Source: a virus
Taxonomy: Duplodnaviria > Heunggongvirae > Uroviricota > Caudoviricetes
IMG/VR virus record: IMGVR_UViG_2529293239_000011
Direction: 5' to 3' (one strand)
Length of the DNA: 13,319 nt
Shown: positions 9,672 through 13,319 of the stretch, piece after piece
Position numbering within the stretch: position 1 is the stretch's first letter
Layout of the letters: each line of letters starts with the position of its first letter
Notes under the pieces: model-generated
What the model was told of the DNA's origin: nothing
The model's input: only the letters and a program-made list of their open reading frames with translations
Databases searched by the model: none
Translations under genes and position numbers: made by a program

Positions 9672-10056
9672 GTTGCTGGATATTCCTGGCGTTGGACCAC
9701 TTATTGCGACGGCAGCGGTGGCCACCATGGGGGAAGCATCAGCGTTTAAATCGGGGCGAGAGTTCGCCGCATATGTTGGTCTGGTTCCAAAACAAACTGG
9801 CTCCGGAGGGAAAGTACGTCTGCTGGGGATAAGCAAACGTGGTGACACTTATCTCAGGACATTATTTATCCACGGTGCAAGAGCGGTGGCATTAGTAGCT
9901 AAAGAGCCTGGCCCGTGGATAACCGAACTGAAAAAACGTCGTCCAGCCAGTGTGGCAATCGTCGCCATGGCAAACAAGCTGGCACGAACAGTATGGGCGA
10001 TAACCGCCCATGACCGTAAGTATGACAGGAACCACGTCAGTATCAGACCATATTAA
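9672..10056 (+). pseudogene. IS110-family transposase, C-terminal fragment (127 aa frame), 5' end removed by IS911
   Basis: Frame beginning directly at the IS911 right end reads LDIPGVGPLIATAAVATMGEASAFKSGREFAAYVGLVPKQTGSGGK...GISKRGDTYLR, typical of the C-terminal domain of IS110-family transposases. Confidence 0.7.
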
Positions 10057-10330
10057 TCGCTGATACCATTAAACAATGAACTCTTAACAAAAGGGTGAAT
10101 GCTGAAAGGTTGCTATGGCGGCCAGAGTGATGACAAAGACAGGTAAGACCGTGACTCACTAAACCTGAACAGTATTTTGGGCTTGAAGTCCGCCGTGAAA
10201 ATAAGGGGTGAGTCGGCGAATTACATAGGGGCTCGCAGCGTTACGGCTGCAATAAAGCCGGATATAAAGCTGCAACCTACCCGTCATGTCAAAACAATGG
10301 ATGCCTTGCAAACGGGATGCGTTCATATAA

Positions 10331-10510
10331 ATACTGTGGGCCGATCGTGACGGGTTATGCCTGTTCGCCAAACGCCTGGAACGGGGCCGCTTCGTCTGGC
10401 CGGTGACCCGGGAAGGGAAAGTGCACCTGACGCCAGCTCAGTTATCCATGCTACTGGAGGGGATCGCGTGGCAACATCCCAAACGGACAGAACGGCCTGG
10501 CATCCGGATA
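10331..10510 (+). pseudogene. IS66-family tnpB (Orf2) 3' fragment, about 59 codons
   Basis: Translation ILWADRDGLCLFAKRLERGRFVWPVTREGKVHLTPAQLSMLLEGIAWQHPKRTERPGIRI matches the conserved C-terminal half of IS66 TnpB; the N-terminal half is absent. Confidence 0.7.
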
Positions 10511-10532
10511 TAACCCGTGATAAAACAAGGGA

Positions 10533-12134
10533 ATGAACAATGAACTCCCCGATGATATTGAGCTGCTTAAAGCCATGTTGCGTAAGCAACAGAGTCGGCT
10601 TCGACAGTATGCCTGTCAGGTCGCGGGCTATGAGCAGGAAATTGAACGGCTGAAAGCGCAACTCGACAGGTTGCGTCGTATGCTGTTCGGCCAGAGTTCA
10701 GAGAAAAAGCGTCATAAGCTTGAAAATCAGATCCGACAGGCAGAAAAACGACTGTCGGAACTGGAAAACCGGCTGAACACAGCCAGAAATCTTCTGGAAG
10801 ATGCATCGTCAGTCACAGATTCACCTGACACCAGTCCCCCGTCAGAAAACCCGATCGCCAGTAAGCCTGAATCCCCGGGACGAAAATCTTCACGAAAACC
10901 GCTGCCGGCAGAACTTCCCCGGGAGACACATCGCCTTCTGCCTGCTGAAACCAGTTGCCCGGCCTGTGGAGGTGTTCTGAAAGAAATGGGGGAAACAATC
11001 TCAGAGCAACTGGATATCATTAATACCGCCTTTAAAGTTATCGAAACCATACGTCCCAAACTGGCCTGTAGCCGGTGTGATGTCATCGTTCAGGCACCAC
11101 TTCCCCCTAAACCGATCGAACGCGGTTATGCCAGTGCAGGGTTACTTGCACGGATCCTGGTCAGCAAATATATGGAACATATCCCTTTATATCGCCAGTC
11201 AGAAATATACGCGCGACAGGGCGTGGAGCTGAGCCGTAATACCATGGTGCGCTGGGTATCAGAAATGGCAGACAAACTCCGTCCTCTGTATATAGCGCTG
11301 AATGACTATGTTCTGGAGGCAGGAAAGGTGCACGCAGATGACACTCCGGTGAAAGTACTGGCCCCGGGGAACGGAAAGACGAAAACGGGTCGTCTGTGGG
11401 TATACGTCAGGGATGATCGTAATGCGGGTTCATCCCTGCCGGCAGCCGTCTGGTTCGCGTATTCGGCAGATCGCAAAGGAGAACATCCGCAGCTCCACCT
11501 GGCAAAGTATCAGGGCGTACTGCAGGCTGATGCCTATGCAGGTTATAACGTACTGTACGAAACGGGCCGGGTGAAGGAAGCCGGGTGCCTGGCCCACGCC
11601 CGCCGAAAAATCCATGACGAGGATGTGCGCCGTCCGACAGAAATGACTCAGGAAGCGCTCAGACGGATAGCAGAGTTATACGACATAGAAGCGGAGATAC
11701 GTGGCAGTCCGGCAGAGGAACGGCTTGCAGTCAGAAAAGCCAGAAGCGTCCAGTTGATGCAGTCATTGTACGACTGGATACAGTTGCAGAGGAAAACGCT
11801 GTCGAAACATGCGGAGATGGCGAAGGCGTTCGACTATATCCTGAATCACTGGAATGCGCTGAACGAGTTCTGTCGTGACGGCTGGGTGGAAATAGACAAC
11901 AACATCGGTGAAAACGCGTTACGATCGGTGGCGGTTGGAAGAAAAAATTATCTCTTTTTCGGCTCAGACAAGGGAGGAGAAAGTGCGGCGATCATCTACA
12001 GTCTGCTGGTCACCTGCAAACAGAACGAAGTGGAGCCGGAGGACTGGTTGCGCGAAGTGATCGAGAAGCTCAATGACTGGCCGTCGAACCAAGTGCATGA
12101 ACTGCTGCCCTGGAACTTCTCGTCTGTAAAATAA
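10533..12134 (+). CDS. IS66-family transposase TnpC, 533 aa
   Basis: Long ORF with N-terminal coiled-coil, zinc-finger-like CPACGG...CSRCD and a DDE region ([11 protein letters not shown]...), typical of IS66 TnpC. Confidence 0.85.
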   Translation: MNNELPDDIELLKAMLRKQQSRLRQYACQVAGYEQEIERLKAQLDRLRRMLFGQSSEKKRHKLENQIRQAEKRLSELENRLNTARNLLEDASSVTDSPDTSPPSENPIASKPESPGRKSSRKPLPAELPRETHRLLPAETSCPACGGVLKEMGETISEQLDIINTAFKVIETIRPKLACSRCDVIVQAPLPPKPIERGYASAGLLARILVSKYMEHIPLYRQSEIYARQGVELSRNTMVRWVSEMADKLRPLYIALNDYVLEAGKVHADDTPVKVLAPGNGKTKTGRLWVYVRDDRNAGSSLPAAVWFAYSADRKGEHPQLHLAKYQGVLQADAYAGYNVLYETGRVKEAGCLAHARRKIHDEDVRRPTEMTQEALRRIAELYDIEAEIRGSPAEERLAVRKARSVQLMQSLYDWIQLQRKTLSKHAEMAKAFDYILNHWNALNEFCRDGWVEIDNNIGENALRSVAVGRKNYLFFGSDKGGESAAIIYSLLVTCKQNEVEPEDWLREVIEKLNDWPSNQVHELLPWNFSSVK

Positions 12135-12167
12135 TCCTTACGCTACGTACTTCTCGGGGCGCTTACG

Positions 12168-12251
12168 ATTTATCGCCGTCAGCGGGAGCTGAAGGAAGAG
12201 CTGAATAGTCTGAAGGATTTGAATTCGGTTAGGAATTTTATCGTGGAATAA
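12168..12251 (+). pseudogene. 3' remnant of an unidentified gene (last 27 codons, ...IYRRQRELKEELNSLKDLNSVRNFIVE*), truncated by the IS66-family element
   Basis: Open frame running from the IS66 right end to a TAA at 12249..12251; no start codon on this side of the IS. Confidence 0.3.
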
Positions 12252-12259
12252 CAGAAGCT

Positions 12260-12288
12260 GCGGCACGTCGTATGCAGGAACGTGCCGC
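12260..12288. other. Perfect 8-bp inverted repeat (GCGGCACG / CGTGCCGC) with 13-nt loop, in the convergent intergenic region
   Basis: Read directly; lies 9 nt after the stop of the gene remnant. No flanking T-run, so a terminator role is uncertain. Confidence 0.4.
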
Positions 12289-12420
12289 GGTTGGCTGGTA
12301 AACTTTCGATAGTGCGAGTATTGAATGATTTCTAGGCGTTATCGATTTTACGTATTTTTTGCATGATAGAATTCGTACCTCCTCCCAACGACCTTCCATG
12401 GCTTTCCGAACTTCTGTAGG

Positions 12421-12440
12421 CTGGCGGACGCTGGCGGACG
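12421..12440. repeat. Tandem direct repeat CTGGCGGACG x2, just downstream of the sitD-like gene
   Basis: Two perfect adjacent 10-bp copies. Confidence 0.8.
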
Positions 12441-12461
12441 ATGCTGTCCTCGGATATTGTG

Positions 12462-13319
12462 CTAATTGGGTGATAACAGATCCTGTGTATGGGCGTTTCC
12501 CTTTGTGCGTGCGTTGATGCTGGTAACGGTAAACGTCATGATGAACACGACCGCGAATAAGACGACAATCGTCGGAGCTGGTGCGCTGTCGATAAAAAAG
12601 GACAGCCAGACACCAGTCATTGACACTATTACCGATATGCCAGTCGCCAGTAGGAGCGCAATATGAAAGCGTTGTGTCAGGAGTACTGCAATGGCGCCAG
12701 GCGCAATGAGCAGAGAAATAGAGAGAATGATACCTACTGCTTTCAGCGTCGCCACAATGGTCAGGGAAACCATGCACAGCAGCCCATAATGCAGCCATCT
12801 CGTATGCAAACCGCTTACCTGCGCCTGTTGATAATCAAAGCTGAACAGCAAAAAATCCCGCCATTTTACGCTAATAACAAGTGTAACCAGCCCGGCAATA
12901 ATCACCGTCTGGATTATATCGCCGATGGTTATCCCGAGCATGTCGCCGAAAAGAATATGGTCAAGATGTACGTCTGGTTTGATTGCAATATACAAGATCA
13001 GACCTGCGGCAAACATGCCAGAAAAAACAATCCCCATAACTGTATCTTGCTTGATTCGGCTGTTGTCTTTCAGGTATCCCGTCGCCACCGCGCAGAATAC
13101 TCCGGCGACGAATGCCCCTGTAGCCAGAGGTAACCCCAGAATCCAGGTAAGCACGATGCCAGGAAAAACCGCATGACTCATCGCGTCACCCATCAGTGCC
13201 CAACCTTTCAGGACCAGAAAGACCGACAGCAGCGCACAGGGTATGGAAACTACCAGTGAAATCAGCAGTGCGTGACTCATAAAGGTGAACTGCAGTGGCT
13301 CCAGTAATAATGCCATCAT
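12462..13319 (-). CDS. sitD: Metal (Mn/Fe) ABC transporter permease, SitD-like, 285 aa; the start codon coincides with the window edge, so the N-terminus may extend beyond it
   Basis: Highly hydrophobic multi-helix protein of ABC-3 permease type; sequence resembles what I recall of Shigella/E. coli SitD. It is the last gene of the putative operon, since convergent non-operon sequence lies downstream. Confidence 0.65.
   Translation of the reverse strand: MMALLLEPLQFTFMSHALLISLVVSIPCALLSVFLVLKGWALMGDAMSHAVFPGIVLTWILGLPLATGAFVAGVFCAVATGYLKDNSRIKQDTVMGIVFSGMFAAGLILYIAIKPDVHLDHILFGDMLGITIGDIIQTVIIAGLVTLVISVKWRDFLLFSFDYQQAQVSGLHTRWLHYGLLCMVSLTIVATLKAVGIILSISLLIAPGAIAVLLTQRFHIALLLATGISVIVSMTGVWLSFFIDSAPAPTIVVLFAVVFIMTFTVTSINARTKGNAHTQDLLSPN

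Larger units (their letters stand above)
10331..12166 (+). mobile_element. IS66-family element, 5'-truncated (no left repeat, no tnpA, partial tnpB), with intact tnpC and right inverted repeat
   Basis: Right end ...CCTTACGCTACGTACTTCTCGGGGCGCTTAC is the reverse complement of the IS66-type terminal GTAAGCGCCCCGAGAAG... repeat; tnpB homology begins abruptly after a stop at 10328..10330. Confidence 0.75.

Noticed and set aside
10057-10330. Possible IS66 tnpA or tnpB 5' portion in the stretch upstream of the tnpB fragment
   Set aside because: No frame gives the conserved N-terminal TnpB motifs and a stop at 10328..10330 immediately precedes the homologous part.

Overview
This window reads as an IS-riddled remnant of a lambdoid prophage or genomic island of the Shigella/E. 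coli type. A tyrosine integrase (1..1236, -) sits at one end and a sitD-like metal ABC permease (12462..13319, -) at the other. Between them lie: a 5' fragment of IS600 interrupted by a complete IS629; an inverted 381-bp left-end fragment of IS911; a small cargo block (QueH/DUF208-like gene, a hok/mok type I toxin locus, an orphan 95-aa ORF, a nin-region-like gene, a decayed ybcO-like pseudogene); a complete IS600 with a 3-bp target duplication; a Q-antiterminator-like gene followed by a terminator and a tRNA cluster (CAU, Arg-UCU, Thr-UGU, plus a Gly-UCC gene cut off by a complete IS911); a 3' fragment of an IS110-family transposase; and a 5'-truncated IS66-family element. No Shiga toxin, lysis or structural phage genes are present. 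All identifications come from reading the sequence and from recalled family signatures; no database search was run. The most interesting candidate is the prophage-borne QueH-like gene beside the tRNA cluster, but I found no clearly novel multi-gene system.
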